A DNA stretch of 63,360 nucleotides, counting the filler, from Octopus bimaculoides (taxonomy: Eukaryota), in the NCBI RefSeq assembly GCF_001194135.2. It is 4 parts of 4 records of this genome, joined end to end, with 100 filler letters (N's around TTAATTAATTAA, not from the genome) between each part and the next. Parts side by side here need not be neighbours in the genome. Positions count along the whole stretch, not along the records: positions 1 to 11,746 come from NC_068989.1; positions 11,847 to 39,603 come from NC_068982.1; 2 more parts are not named here. One strand, written 5' to 3'. A program made the translations under genes and the position numbers. The notes under the pieces are model-generated. The model was not told the DNA's origin. It saw only the letters and a program-made list of their open reading frames with translations, and made no database searches. Every line of letters begins with the position of its first letter. Positions within the stretch are counted from its first letter, which is position 1. This document shows positions 1 to 13,239 of the stretch, piece after piece.

Positions 1-95
1 AAAATGAGCAGACATAAGTGCTTGCATCTTAAGATAAGTATTAAATTATATATTGATAAATACACACATATGTATATTTCCGTTTGGGTGTTTCG

Positions 96-138
<43 letters not shown>

Positions 139-415
139 CATATGTGTCTATCTGTGTTTAAATTCATATCTGCGTGCACACAAGCGCACGCAGACTAGCA
201 TGTCTCCATATCTATTCTTACATACACATGTGTGTACATATATATATATATACATATTTATTTAAACTTCCTCATATTTGTGTACGTATGAATGCATTTT
301 CATACGCTGCCTGATTCAAGGTTATTTATACATCGCAGAAAAAAGTATACACTCACATACATGTCTATATACGCACTTAAGATCACAGAGAAATAGAAAA
401 AAATAGTAGCGAGCA

Positions 416-449
<34 letters not shown>

Positions 450-519
450 GCAGAGAGTGAGAGAGAGAGAGAGAGAGTGAGAGAGAGCTTGAGAACTATC
501 GCGGGTTAAATCTCTAAAG

Positions 520-564
<45 letters not shown>

Positions 565-916
565 NNNNNNNNNNATATATATAAATATATATATATGCAT
601 CACGCATTAAAATGGTGCGTGTTCATTAACGTATTTCCAAAGTGTATCAGGGAACCGTTATACCCCTTCCTCCTCATGGACCCAGCGTAGTCAACCTCAG
701 TATTTTTTTCCCTACCACAGACAACCATGCAGTGAACCGAACACCCAAGCATCCCGGATGCTCCCACCCCCGACATCATTTTAGTTATTAATGAAATACT
801 TTTATTGTCTACTCAAACATCTTGGTATATTTTCGTTTTTTTCCCCCCATTGGCACACAGACACAAACAAGCACACACATATGTTATTGTATATTGTGTT
901 TGTTTGCAACATTGAC

Positions 917-948
<32 letters not shown>

Positions 949-951
949 TTA

Positions 952-998
<47 letters not shown>

Positions 999-2051
999 AT
1001 ATCTATCTCTCTATCTATCTATATATATATATAAATTGCAAACATGCGTGCCCACACACGCATGTATATATACTTATTCACTCATTCATACGTACATACA
1101 CACAGGAAGACATCGCACTCACAGCTAAACACACAGACGCCTGTGGCCCATTCCATCGCATCTATATTTACACACACATATATATGTGTATATATACATA
1201 TGTCATATACATATGTATATATATATATATATATATATATNNNNNNNNNNNNNNNNNNNNNNNNNNNNNNNNNNNNNNNNNNNNNNNNNNNNNNNNNNNN
1301 NNNNNNNNNNNNNNNNNNNNNNNNNNNNNNNNNNNNNNNNNNNNNNNNNNNNNNNNNNNNNNNNNNNNNNNTATATATATGTAAGCTTCGTTCTCGTTTA
1401 TTTTCATTTCTCTATGAAGCCAAGCATGCATTATGCAGAAATTCTGGAATCATTAAACCAAAATATATTCTTCCGAAATGAAATGTTCAACAGAGTTAAA
1501 ACAAACAAAACCAGAATCAGCCTCGGCAGCAACAGCACCAACATCAGCAGCAACATCATCAGCAGCATCAGCAGTAACAACAGCAGCAGCAGCCACAGCA
1601 ACCTCGAAAATGTTATGTGGTGGAAACTAAAACGAGAGATTATATGGCTACGAGTCTGTGTTTCGTTATTAATCAGCGTTTTTTTAAAAATCTTCAGCAT
1701 GATGATGATGATGATGATGACGATGATGATGATGATGTCTGCCATCATCATCGTCATCGTCATCATCATCATCATCATCACCGTCATCATCACTATCATC
1801 GTCGTCATCGTCCTCGTCGTAGTCGTCGTCGCAACGATCGTAATATTTCTATATTTTATACAAATGTTGTCGTTAATATTTTACCATACATTGCCAGTTA
1901 TTAAATCACTCTCAAAAGCTATCGTTAATATTATTTAACAAAAACAAAAAAAAAGACAAAAAACAAAACAAAACAGAAAAGGTTTTATGAGCATTATTGA
2001 ATAAAAATCGAAATACGAACAAATAATATCACCATCGCCATCATAATCATG

Positions 2052-2113
<62 letters not shown>

Positions 2114-2263
2114 CATTATTATTATTATTTTTGTTGTTGTTGTTGCTGTTGTTGTTGTTTTGTTACTGATGTTGTTCTGATGTATCGTTGTTTTGCGGTA
2201 ATTGTTCTGGCTCTTTACGTTTAGAGTTGGCTTTGTGCCTAACCTAGAGATTATTATTTTTAT

Positions 2264-2314
<51 letters not shown>

Positions 2315-2330
2315 TATTATTATTATCATC
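1..2330. repeat. Microsatellite-dense block: (TA)n, (GA)n, (TATC)n, (CAG/CAA/CAT)n, (GAT)n, (ATT)n, (GTT)n, (AAT)n
   Basis: Directly visible tracts, e.g. ~100-136 TA, ~417-487 GA, ~520-564 TATC, ~1505-1605 CAG-like, ~1699-1830 GAT/CAT, ~2055-2160 ATT/GTT, ~2265-2328 AAT. Confidence 0.95.
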
Positions 2331-2344
2331 TATCTGCCGTTAAC

Positions 2345-2625
2345 AGCCGCTGAATGGAGAGCTGGATATGCTGCGGTTGCAGATGCGCAGACATGCGCCG
2401 AGGTTGCAGCATCTCCAGCGTTTCCTTGACGGTGAGCAGGTGTGGTCACCATTTGTAAGAGACACTTTTCCACAGCTCGTCAGTTTAACGGAGGTGCAAT
2501 CCTCAATTAGGTGTAGACCGAGGAGGGGCGCTTGGCACTTCGAGTGCTGTCAAGCGCTCACAGCCCTCCGACGGGCGGACAATGTGGTCGGTGGTAGTTC
2601 CACTATAGCGTTCTATAGCGTATTA
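2345..2625 (+). mobile_element. Non-LTR retrotransposon fragment, probably Tx1/L1-clade ORF2 (post-RT region)
   Basis: GC-richer island translating MRRHAPRLQHLQRFLDGEQVWSPFVRDTFPQLVSLTEVQSSIRCRPRRGAWHFECCQAL. This resembles, from memory, Tx1-like ORF2 segments of octopus. No splice context. Confidence 0.5.
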
Positions 2626-3209
2626 CTCAATTATTGTATTATTTACTTTGTGTTTTTCATGTTTTCTGATCTTGTACCGCAATTAAGGACTCTTCAGTCT
2701 TTGTCTTAAGTTCCGCGCTTCTCCAAACGCGTTGGTATAATTTCTTTTGCCTTTTACTTTTCTCTTTATTTATTCCAGTTTTCGCTATGAAAGGACTTCT
2801 CTTGACATTGATCTATTAAAACACACGGTAACTCCAAATTTAGCATAGATCTTAGCGGCTTCACAGTGTTTTTGCTGTTTCTTCTTTTCCTTGAAACCAT
2901 CAGCTATTGTCGACCTCTGCTCTGTAATTTACGACTTCCTTGAATACAAAAAGCAGTTGTTTGTTTTGTTCTGTAGCTATTTATATAAGCTTTCCATGAT
3001 TCTGCATCAGATATTTTTGCAGTATTATGGTGGATGTGTATAATATCTTTATAGTTTTACAAGTCATCTATCTACTGCTTTCAATTCAGGGTATGTATAA
3101 TCTTTCTTTGTCAGACGTTGGGTGATGTATTCTAAATGCAGTCTTTATTTCCCTTCCGTTTCTGCTTAGTCTTGCTACTCCATTCATCATCATTATCATA
3201 AGCATCGTG

Positions 3210-3244
<35 letters not shown>

Positions 3245-3268
3245 TAATAATAATAATAATAATAATAA

Positions 3269-3463
3269 ATGGTATAACACACGCCAGAAAAGGTCACAGA
3301 AAACGAGAAAGCAACCATACTCTGGGATATGCCAATACACACAGATAGAGAAATTAAGGCAAATAGACCAGATATAGTTATCAAAGATCATGAAGAAAAA
3401 AAATGCTTTCTAATTGATGTATCAATACCAGCAGATGACAACGTTTCTCTAAAAGAAATGGAA
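3269..3463 (+). mobile_element. RLE-type (R4/Dong/NeSL-like) non-LTR retrotransposon, C-terminal endonuclease fragment
   Basis: WYNTPEKVTENEKATILWDMPIHTDREIKANRPDIVIKDHEEKKCFLIDVSIPADDNVSLKEME contains the RPD...D/E-x-K type restriction-like endonuclease motif. 5' end truncated at an (AAT)n tract, 3' end runs into a gap. Confidence 0.85.
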
Positions 3464-3759
3464 NNNNNNNNNNNNNNNNNNNNNNNNNNNNNNNNNNNNN
3501 NNNNNNNNNNNNNNNNNNNNNNNNNNNNNNNNNNNNNNNNNNNNNNNNNNNNNNNNNNNNNNNNNNNNNNNNNNNNNNNNNNNNNNNNNNNNNNNNNNNN
3601 NNNNNNNNNNNNNNNNNNNNNNNNNNNNNNNNNNNNNNNNNNNNNNNNNNNNNNNNNNNNNNNNNNNNNNNNNNNNNNNNNNNNNNNNNNNNNNNNNNNN
3701 NNNNNNNNNNNNNNNNNNNNNNNNNNNNNNNNNNNNNNNGGGGGTGGGGAGGAAGGAAG

Positions 3760-3912
3760 GAATCGATTACATCGACCCCAGTATTTCACTGGTACTTAAT
3801 TTATCGACCTCGAAAGGATGAAAAGTAAAGTCGACTTCGGCGGAATTTGAAGACAGACGAATAGCGCTAAGCATTTCGCCCGGCGTGTTAACGATTCTGC
3901 CAGCTCGGCACC
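3760..3912 (-). mobile_element. tRNA-derived SINE, family B (head GGCGGTGAGCTGGCAGAATCGTTAGCACGCC...)
   Basis: Reverse complement matches the many copies in this window (34452, 36160, 36385, 39395, 41890, 44110, 62685). Confidence 0.8.
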
Positions 3913-3914
3913 AT

Positions 3915-4082
3915 AATAATAATAATAATAATAATAATGATTATTATTATTATTATTATCATTATTATTGTTGTTGTTGTTGTTGAGTGAGAGAGTAGTG
4001 GATGCCATCAAAGTGACACTTGGATAAAATATACGATACTTAGTATACTCATCGTGACTACCCGTGTGATAAGAGTACACCA
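3915..4082 (-). mobile_element. 3' end of a LINE with (AAT/AAC)n tail
   Basis: Unique segment (GAGTAGTGGATGCCATCAAAGTGACAC...) abutting a trinucleotide tail on the minus strand. Recalled as an octopus LINE 3' end. Confidence 0.45.
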
Positions 4083-4199
4083 GAAATATGCCCCACCCTT
4101 AAAACAATCATCTGACTGCGTTTCGCTCCACCTTTGTTCACACGACTGAAGACGAGGAACAAATATTATGAAACTACAATATCTCTCCAAACGGTTTTT

Positions 4200-4620
4200 T
4201 TCGAATCATGCAATCCGAATTTTTACAGACATCTACTTCAGAAATTTTATGGAGAGTTTGGCTGCAATTTTCAGGAATCATAGTTCGTACTTTCGCATCG
4301 TTCCTATGATCCGTTCTTGTGTCAGGTTGTCCGATTTGAGGAACGTCTTCTCGATTTCAGACATCCGGTATCACATCTAACATCGCCTACGGTTCCAGCA
4401 GTCTTCCTCAGAAGCCCGCTGAACTTTTTTTAACGTTTCCATAGATGTTACTGTATTTTCCAATTTCGCAGAAACACGTTGTTCTAGAAAAATCCTTCGT
4501 GGTTTAATTTAAACAGGGTCATATCAAATCCAAATATCCGACCCGTTTTCTGTTCAGATTGGCCTTTTGTCCAGAACTGGCCTCTCACACCCACCCTACA
4601 ATATCATTTTAAAAATAAGC
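4200..4620 (-). mobile_element. Degenerate mariner transposase N-terminal (HTH) remnant
   Basis: Minus frames give KVQRASEEDCWNRRRC*M*YRM and NREDVPQIGQPDTRTDHRNDAKVRTMIPENCSQTLHKISE. These align to mariner motifs AFGEECMSRTQVFEWY...GREDVEDDPRSGRPSTSTTDENV.KVR, with stops and frameshifts. Confidence 0.7.
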
Positions 4621-5608
4621 AATCAGATTATTGAAGTCTGAAAGCTACAAGATGATGCTTGATTTATTCAAAAAACGATATGAATAAATATGCATTAAAT
4701 TTGACAGAGTAATCTGAATATTAAATGGCTGACTTGCGACAAATCGCCATGTGCATTAATCATCCGTTCACTGAAGCATGTGTAGATTGATGACGGATTG
4801 AAATGGCGGAATGTGGCTATTATTAGACTGAAGGACAAGGTCACCCATCTAGAGAAAGGAGAAGTGAGACAGAGGGAAAGAAAGAAACAGAGGGAGGGAG
4901 AGATGGAGAGAAAGAGAAAAGGGAGAGAGAAGGACAGGGGAAAAAGGAGGAGGTAGAAGGCCACGGTGTCTGATTCCTTTACAGGAAGATAGGAAATAAC
5001 AGATAAAATACTTTAGAATTTACGTGGGACATTGTTAACTAGATTTGTCTTCTAGCAGAGCTGCTTCCTTTGCATGCAACGAGAATTTTCTGGATTCTGA
5101 CCAAAGTCATCCTTCATCGGTGTAGAACGGATTTCCTCCTCACACAGAAATTCTCACCCACGTGTTGCATTCATCTACGACACATGCTGTGCGCACCATC
5201 GAACGGAATAAACCAAAATGGTTCTTGTGACCTAAAAACGTCAAATGAATANNNNNNNNNNNNNNNNNNNNNNNNNNNNNNNNNNNNNNNNNNNNNNNNN
5301 NNNNNNNNNNNNNNNNNNNNNNNNNNNNNNNNNNNNNNNNNNNNNNNNNNNNNNNNNNNNNNNNNNNNNNNNNNNNNNNNNNNNNNNNNNNNNNNNNNNN
5401 NNNNNNNNNNNNNNNNNNNNNNNNNNNNNNNNNNNNNNNNNNNNNNNNNNNNNNNNNNNNNNNNNNNNNNNNNNNNNNNNNNNNNNNNNNNNNNNNNNNN
5501 NNNNNNNNNNNNNNNNNNNNNNNTATATATATATATATATATATACATACTTAGATTTATATATATATATATATATAGAAACACACATACACACACACAC
5601 GTGCGCAT

Positions 5609-5668
<60 letters not shown>

Positions 5669-5669
5669 G

Positions 5670-5845
5670 TGTGTGTGTGCTTATGGCCTCGTAACCTAGT
5701 GGTTCGGCAAAATAGACCGATAGAATAAATACCAGGTTTTAAAGAAAATAAATCTTGGTTTTGAATTGTTCGACTAAAGCACTTCAAGGTGATGCTGTAG
5801 CATGGCCGCAATCAAATAACTGAAACAAGTAAAAGATAAAAGGTT
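5670..5845 (+). mobile_element. 3' half of SINE family A
   Basis: ...TAGTGGTTCGGCAAAATAGACCGATAGAATAAATACCAGG...AGCATGGCCGCAATCAAATAACTGAAACAAG matches the tail of the copy at 6018. Confidence 0.65.
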
Positions 5846-6017
5846 CATATATACATAAATGGAACATTAAAGCGTTCGGTCAGATAGACGACACGAAGGC
5901 GGACAAGAGAAACAACAATGAGAAGGACAGGCAAAAAAATACGGGTCATTCTTGGCTTTCTTTCCTCAGTCAAGTAACAGAAGTCACGACTATTTCGGAC
6001 AACACATACATATCATA

Positions 6018-6180
6018 GGCGCAGGAGTGGCTGTGTGGTAAGTAGCTTGCTTACCAACCACATGGTTCCGGGTTCAGTTCCACAGTGTGGCACCTTGGGC
6101 AAATGTTTCTACTATGGCCTTGGGCCGACCATAATCTTGTGATTGGATTTAGTAGACAGAAACTGAAAAAAGCCCATGTG

Positions 6181-6217
<37 letters not shown>

Positions 6218-6410
6218 CTGTGTATGTGTCTATGTTTGTCCCACCAGCATCACTTGAAAACCGATGCTGGTGTGTTTACATCTCCGATACTTAGCAGTTC
6301 GGCTAAAGAGACCGAAAGAATAAGTACTAAGGCTTACAAAGTCCTGGGGTGCTCCAGCATGGGGTGCTCCAGCATGGCACCAGTCAAGTGACTGAAACAC
6401 ATAAAAGAAT
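6018..6410 (+). mobile_element. tRNA-derived SINE, family A (GGCGCAGGAGTGGCTGTGTGGTAAG...), with internal (TG)n
   Basis: A-box/B-box head (TGGCTGTGTGG...GGTTCAGTTCC). Multiple copies in the window. Contains a 15-bp tandem duplication GGGGTGCTCCAGCAT at 6346-6375. Confidence 0.85.
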
Positions 6411-6422
6411 ATATATATGATT

Positions 6423-6469
<47 letters not shown>

Positions 6470-7065
6470 AGGAGAGAGAGATGAGATAGAGAAAGGGAGA
6501 GAGAAGTAGGAAAAGACACATTCATGTGTCTTTAACATCTCCTCCCATTATTCACAGCAAGCTTGAGAAACACAGACGAGGTCAATATGAACAAATTGGC
6601 TGGGGTTCAATATCGTTCGTGTACCATTATTGAAGTCGTTAAGTGGAAATCCGCTGGTTAGACCAGTGTGAACTCCATTTTCTGATTGTTTCACACAGTA
6701 TTCAGTTGGACACGACACACAGACATCATACGTCACGCACACACGGGAGGCACTTTTACGTCACGCATATATAGGAGACATTTTACAAACGTACACATAC
6801 ACATACGCATACTCATTCACGTCTACACGTTTTGCACATATATACGCAGTCATCATACATTGCCGTTACAATTCCAACGAACATTCAATACATATACACA
6901 CACCAGTAAGCTTTCACACAGTTAGCTGCTCAAACGCCATAATGTGTATATATATACCTATATAAATGTAGATATATACAAGCATATATATATATACACA
7001 CACACATATACATATGCGTAAGATAGTGTGAATGAGTATATATATATGTATATATACACTTACAT

Positions 7066-7140
<75 letters not shown>

Positions 7141-7296
7141 AATATGTGTGTGTGTGTCTAGAATCACATATAATTACTCACGCACAAACAAATATTTATT
7201 GCAGAGCGACAACCTCTGAAGGAGACAAAAAACAATTCTCAACTTCACAGATCTGAGTGTTTTCACGCAATCGGCTGCTCAGGCGCATAATATATG

Positions 7297-7329
<33 letters not shown>

Positions 7330-7559
7330 NNNNNNNNNNNNNNNNNNNNNNNNNNNNNNNNNNNNNNNNNNNNNNNNNNNNNNNNNNNNNNNNNNNNNNN
7401 NNNNNNNNNNNNNNNNNNNNNNNNNNNNNNNNNNNNNNNNNNNNNNNNNNNNNNNNNNNNNNNNNNNNNNNNNNNNNNNNNNATATATATACATATATAC
7501 AAAGGTGTATGTTTGTATCTCTCTCTCTCTATCTCTCTCTCTCTATCTCTCTCTCTCTA

Positions 7560-7600
<41 letters not shown>

Positions 7601-7697
7601 CTATGTCTCTCTATCTTTCTACATATACACAAACACAGACACATATACACAAGCACACACACACACAGATGCACACGCACAGATACACACAGGCACA

Positions 7698-7746
<49 letters not shown>

Positions 7747-8446
7747 TTATATGTATGTATAATTAATATATACTGCTGGGCGCAATATAATACCAGAAAG
7801 GAAAATTCAATTGTCTAATTCAATACGACTAATGGCGCCTAGACACCTGCATTGCTAGAAATAGAAGTAAAATACTCCCTATGCGGCAGGAAGAGCCCAA
7901 ATGTATACACATACGCTGGCAGAGAAACACTTTGTTCACTATTGTCCTCTCGTTCTAGTCTAACGACCTTCCATGTTTGTTTGCGTCCGATTTCCTTGCA
8001 TGTCTCCACTGTCATTTTTTTGTTCCCAAGTTTGATCCTCCATAAATCCTAAATTTCATTTTAGAACTTATGGGAGCAACTATCATATTGTCGTTGAATG
8101 CTCGAAATGAGGACTTGATAGACAGCTGACAACTGCTGAAGGGTCGTTTCTCTGTGTTTTATTGTCTTGCTTTCCATTTTTCTTCGTTACGTATTTAACT
8201 CGTTTTTCCCCCGTTTGTTTACGTATTTCATGTTATTTACACAGTTGGTGACGTCCCATTCCTATATATGCATGTGTGTGCATATGTATGTATGTATATA
8301 TATATATATATATATATAGTTTATCATTTATTATATATATTATATATATATGTTTGTATGTATGTATTATATATATATATATATATTTGTTTCATTTTTT
8401 TTCATTTTATCTAGTTTCAGCTCATGAGCTGTGGCCATGCTGGAGC

Positions 8447-8507
<61 letters not shown>

Positions 8508-8699
8508 TGTTTGTGTATACAGATGGAGAAAGAGAGAGGAAGAGAGAGAAAGTAAAAGAGATAGACAGATAGAAACAGAGAGACGAGATCCCAAAACACA
8601 TGTGCGCATACGTAAAGATTATAAACCCCATGTTTAATCGAAGTATATTTCGTTTTTGAAAGAAGAAGCCGATTTTAACTTTTTATGGACGTCTGTTTT

Positions 8700-9125
8700 C
8701 AAATTGATGACGGTTCTCGTCCAGGAAGGAATTGCTGATAATGCGAAGCAATGGAATCGCATAGACTATTCTTGGAATGTAACTATTCCAATGACAGCCA
8801 TTCAAAATGAGATAGATGCTCGGTTTTGAAATTCCGATCTCACGACACGCTTGCTGCACAAATTTCCCTTAACTTTGGCAATACGTTTCCGGTACCGTTT
8901 CTCGTTTGTGTGGCTCGTAAATGTCTGCGATCATCCGGAACGTTTCTCGTAGATATTCTAAACATTTCCATCTGCTTCAAACTTACCTCTAATTCGGGTG
9001 ATGGTAAGTCGCGTAGCTCTATCTGTTTGGATCTACCGTCTTGTCTTAGTAATTCAACTGCATTTTCAAACTTCCATTAGTTTTTAGTCTAAATTTCTTT
9101 TGACCAAAGCTTAGTCTGGTACCTT
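8700..9125 (-). mobile_element. Tc1/mariner-superfamily transposase remnant, DUF4817-type HTH N-terminus
   Basis: Minus frames give WKFENAVELLRQ and ATRLTITRIRGKFEADGNV*NIYEKRSG*SQTFTS. These match the WKFENAVEVQRQF...PPTRLTITRIRDKFEADG.V..VHK.RSGRPRT pattern. Disrupted. Confidence 0.75.
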
Positions 9126-9213
9126 TCATGATTTCTAATAGATTAAATTTTAAACAAAGAAGAAAAATATCAGCTCTTAGGGAAGTGTGTGCCCATATTT
9201 TTGGAGCAACCTC

Positions 9214-9283
<70 letters not shown>

Positions 9284-9519
9284 CATGCATATCATCAGTA
9301 AAATATTTTGTCACAATTATCTTACCTTTAGACTGAAAGGCATGATATGTTATGTAGCGACCTTTTCTGATGCTGTTTAGTTCCAAGTTTGTTTCACTGC
9401 AGAAAGATGCTGACTGGTCGAATAATATTTTGCCAGAGAATATTCGGAGATTCTGTGGCTTACTTCACAGATAAGCTTTATAGTATTGGAGTTGGGTGCT
9501 TAAAATCGTTGTGTATATA

Positions 9520-9754
9520 CTGGGGTGCTCAAAAAGTCTCTCCGCAGTGAATTCTTTACATCCTGCTCAAATATTGCTTATCCATTTGTAGGCCAACTCA
9601 CTGAAAGTGAAATTAATAATGCATTCTTTCAGCAAGATGGAACTATAGCACATACTTCGCGCATTTAATATATTTTTTTGTAGTCTTATACCATCTTATA
9701 AATATTTATTTTGCAAAAAAATACTTACTGCGGAGAAACCTTTTGAACACCCTG
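9520..9754. mobile_element. Tc1/mariner internally deleted element / MITE (~235 bp)
   Basis: TIRs CTGGGGTGCTCAAAAAGTCTCTCCGCAGT and ACTGCGGAGAAACCTTTTGAACACCCTG are near reverse complements. TA at left flank. Internal AFFQQDGTIAHTS resembles the second-D FQQDGAxAHT motif. Confidence 0.85.
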
Positions 9755-10352
9755 TGTCACTGTAATTCGTTCGCGATTCCACAACTACACCGTTCCTTTG
9801 TTATCACACACTCCTCCATGACATCGCTTAATACCTAATAAATTACTTGTTTAACCAAAAATTTTCTTAGAATGTGTAGGACGATCTCGAGTATACTGTC
9901 ATCATTCACAAAGGACAGTAAATCTTTTGGCAAGACTAGCTTTTATCCCACAGATAGGTGAAAATCTGCCTAGTTGAGTTGAATATCTATAGATTATATT
10001 CTTTATGTCGTTGAACGAATCAACGATAGCTTCACTGCGGTTCTATTGTATAAAACATGTCGTTTGTCTAATTTTGATGTTGTTATGTTCGACGATTTTC
10101 CATCTACTTAATTCGTCTTTTGCTGCTTGATCAGTTTTCACTTTGGGTCTGCTAAGTGTTTCTTTTGCTGCCGTTCTATAGACTGAATGGTTGTTGCCAC
10201 GCAAGGTGACGTGATCTTTTATTAGAATATGATGTTTGTGCGGTAAAAAAATAACGAAAATCATACTTATTATCCTGCGAAAAATTGTCAGATATGAAAT
10301 CATTTATTTAGATAGACACGTGTATGTATGTACATAGGTACGTACGGAGTAC

Positions 10353-10383
<31 letters not shown>

Positions 10384-10757
10384 TGTATGCATGTGTGTGT
10401 GTTTATATATACCTGTGTGTATATATATATGTATGTATGTGTGTGTGCATATGTATATATATNNNNNNNNNNNNNNNNNNNNNNNNNNNNNNNNNNNNNN
10501 NNNNNNNNNNNNNNNNNNNNNNNNNNNNNNNNNNNNNNNNTATATATATATATTTATATATATATATATCTTATCTCTATAAAATTGATAGTATATAGAC
10601 AGCAGATACATAACAACATACATGCCTACATACAGATATGTGCGCACAATATATATATACAGAAATATTCTATATGTATGCGCGTGTGTATGTGTGATTC
10701 GTGTGTGTGTGTATGTGCGTGTGCGTGTGCATATATATATATATGTATATGTATGTG

Positions 10758-10796
<39 letters not shown>

Positions 10797-10874
10797 ATCT
10801 GTGTATGTGTGTGTGCGTTTAGATATATATATGTGTATGTATGTATACACACACATACACACACACACACACTA

Positions 10875-10905
<31 letters not shown>

Positions 10906-11070
10906 GATAAAATTTCAAGCTACAAGACACAGTAGTAGATTTATTATAGAATTTTAAACACTAGCGTGCAATGGGATTCCTATACATCACTTATAATAAA
11001 CTAAAGTTATAATAACTTCACTTTGTATTCCTACTGCACCTACTACTGTAGTTATAGTAATGATATTATG

Positions 11071-11138
<68 letters not shown>

Positions 11139-11394
11139 TATGAAGACTGGAGGCTCTACTATTATTCAGAAAGACAGAGAAATGAAGTCTCTAAGGACCC
11201 TCATTGTAGAATTACAATATAATTACTTCATATTAAAAATATTTATATTATCGTCATTTCAAAATTATTACTACGGTTATGAGAAACGTACGAGTGTGTT
11301 TTAATGGCTGAACTGATTCTACCACGTTGTGAACGTTTTAGTCTCGAACGTGTATCTGCCTTACGATTTATAATCGAACGGCAGCGGCATATGT

Positions 11395-11562
11395 GTAGGC
11401 TGATGTGTGGCTATGGGGGTGAGAGGGCTGTTTCGCAACTACATGGTTCGGGGTTTCGATCCACCCGGTGGCACCTTTAGCAATTGTCTTCTACTAGAGT
11501 AACGGGCTGACCGAAGTCTTGGCAGTAGATTCGGGAGGTGGAAACTGAATGGAGATCGTCGT
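11395..11562 (+). mobile_element. Degenerate SINE family A
   Basis: Colinear with the 6018 and 55757 copies (CTACATGGTTCGGGGTTTCGATCC...GGAAACTGAA), followed by (CCAT)n/(ACAT)n. Confidence 0.65.
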
Positions 11563-11646
11563 ATCCATCCATCCATCCATCCATCCATCCATCCATCCAT
11601 CCATCCATACATACATACATACATACATACATACACACACAAGCGC

Positions 11647-11679
<33 letters not shown>

Positions 11680-11746
11680 TGTATGTATGTATGTATGTAT
11701 GTATATATATATACACATATATATATCTATATATATATATATATAT

Positions 11747-11846
11747 NNNNNNNNNNNNNNNNNNNNNNNNNNNNNNNNNNNNNNNNNNNNTTAATTAATT
11801 AANNNNNNNNNNNNNNNNNNNNNNNNNNNNNNNNNNNNNNNNNNNN
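11747..11846. other. Artificial scaffold-join spacer (44N-TTAATTAATTAA-44N)
   Basis: Six-frame stop linker at 11791-11802 flanked by exactly 44 N on each side. Identical at 39648 and 56801. Confidence 0.95.
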
Positions 11847-12066
11847 GACACCATTTCGAGCGTGGCCGTTTTCGTGCGGGTGACACGTAAAAGCACCCAC
11901 TACACTCTCTGAGTGGTTGGCGTTAGGAAGGGCATCCAGCTGTAGAAACTCTGCCAAATTAGACTGGAGCCTGGTGTTGCCATCCGGTTTCACCAGTCCT
12001 CAGTCAAATCGTCCAACCCATGCTAGCATGGAAAGCGGACGTTAAACGATGATGATGATGATGATA
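11847..12066 (+). mobile_element. RTE-type LINE 3' end / RTE-tailed SINE with (GAT)n tail
   Basis: ...GGAAGGGCATCCAGCTGTAGAAACTCTGCC...CATGCTAGCATGGAAAGCGGACGTTAAACGATGATGATG is near-identical to 14735-14900 (-) and 45490-45690 (+). Confidence 0.8.
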
Positions 12067-12111
12067 TGTATGTATATTGTATGTATATTATATGCATGTA
12101 TATGTATGTAT

Positions 12112-12770
12112 ATGTCTTCCTGGGTCTACCTCTTTCACAGGTTCCTTCTACAGTTAGGGAGTGGCACTTCTTCACACAGCTGTCTTCATTCATATGTAAC
12201 ACATGGTCATACCAGTGCAGTCGCCTCTCTTGCACACCACATTTGATGCTTCTTATGCCCAACTTTTCAGTGTGATTACACTTTGTTGTGTATGCACACT
12301 GACATTATACATCCAGCAGATCATGCAAGCTTCATTTCTTTCAAGCCTATGCATGTCCTCAGCATTCATGGCCCATGTTTCACTGCCGTGTAGCATGGCA
12401 GTTTGCATACATGCATCATACAGTCTACCTTTCACCCTGACTGAGAGGCCCTTAGTTGCCAGCAGAGGTAGGAGCTCCCTGAACTTTGCCCAGGCTATTG
12501 TTACTCTAGTTACTACTCTCTCAGAACAAGCACCCCCACTACAGACTTGGTCGCCTAGGTACCAGAAGCTATTAACTAGTAGTTTCTTCCCCTGGCATGT
12601 GATGGAATTTGTTTTCTGTACATCTTCAGTGTTTATTGACCCAGTGCATCTGCCACATGCAAAAACTATTTTCCCAGTTAATCTTCCTTTGATATTGCTG
12701 CACCTTTTATGTGTCCATAGTTTGCACCGGGTACATCATATGGAGTTTCTACCCATGCCTTTTCTACACA
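12112..12770 (-). mobile_element. RTE-clade LINE reverse transcriptase C-terminal/thumb remnant
   Basis: KGRLYDACMQTAMLHGSETWAMNAEDMHRLERNEACMICWMYNV and QERRLHWYDHVLHMNEDSCVKKCHSLTVEGTCERGRPRKT match RTE motifs (YGSETW, LRWFGHV.RM, GRPR.TW). Frameshifted. Confidence 0.9.
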
Positions 12771-13239
12771 CATATATATATGCGCGTGCGCTAGTTTTTA
12801 TATGCTGATTAAAGAAAATAAATGAAAATTTCTTGTAAAAAAAAAAATGAGGCATGCTTTTAGTACAAAACCATATGAACATATTGATATACTGGAGTTT
12901 ATTTACAACTAGTTTTCAAATTTATTTGTATTGGTCATCAGAATGTCTGATCAATTAAATATAAACACCTTGTGTCTGTAATAGTAAAATTCTTTAAATT
13001 CTTGGTCATCATATAGATTATCATATTCTGCTGTATGTACATTTTAATCTGGTATTGTTTATAACTTTAAATTAAAGATATATAGAAATGTGCTGTGGGT
13101 AATTAACATGGTGGCTACATTGCTTTAGTAGCAATAGGAAAATATTGACCTTTATCAGAAATATACAACAATAACATTTATATTCTTAGTCATCTAGAAT
13201 GAAATGCACACTGAAGAATAAGAGCGCCAACATATTTTA

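Noticed and set aside
1186-1938. 250-aa ORF with S/N-rich and poly-M/I/V stretches; poly-Q and poly-H in other frames
   Set aside because: Built from trinucleotide repeats, starts in TA repeat and gap, and has no recognisable domain.
5157-5230. Minus exon-like segment GHKNHFGLFRSMVRTACVVDECNTW with ag/gtgaga ends
   Set aside because: No recognisable protein and no supporting neighbouring exons.
5850-6010. Minus-strand GAAATAGTCGT...CTGAGGA, resembling a permuted hammerhead
   Set aside because: Stem III and cleavage triplet are broken and no clear stem II forms; at best a decayed relic.
8080-8260. ACTATCA/TGATAG pairing followed by CTGCTGAAGGG, hammerhead-like repeat
   Set aside because: Core mutated (CTGCTGA) and no matching GAAAC-GTH found.
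12905-12950. Minus-strand CTGATGA...GAAA
   Set aside because: No stem II or stem III pairing; chance match in AT-rich DNA.
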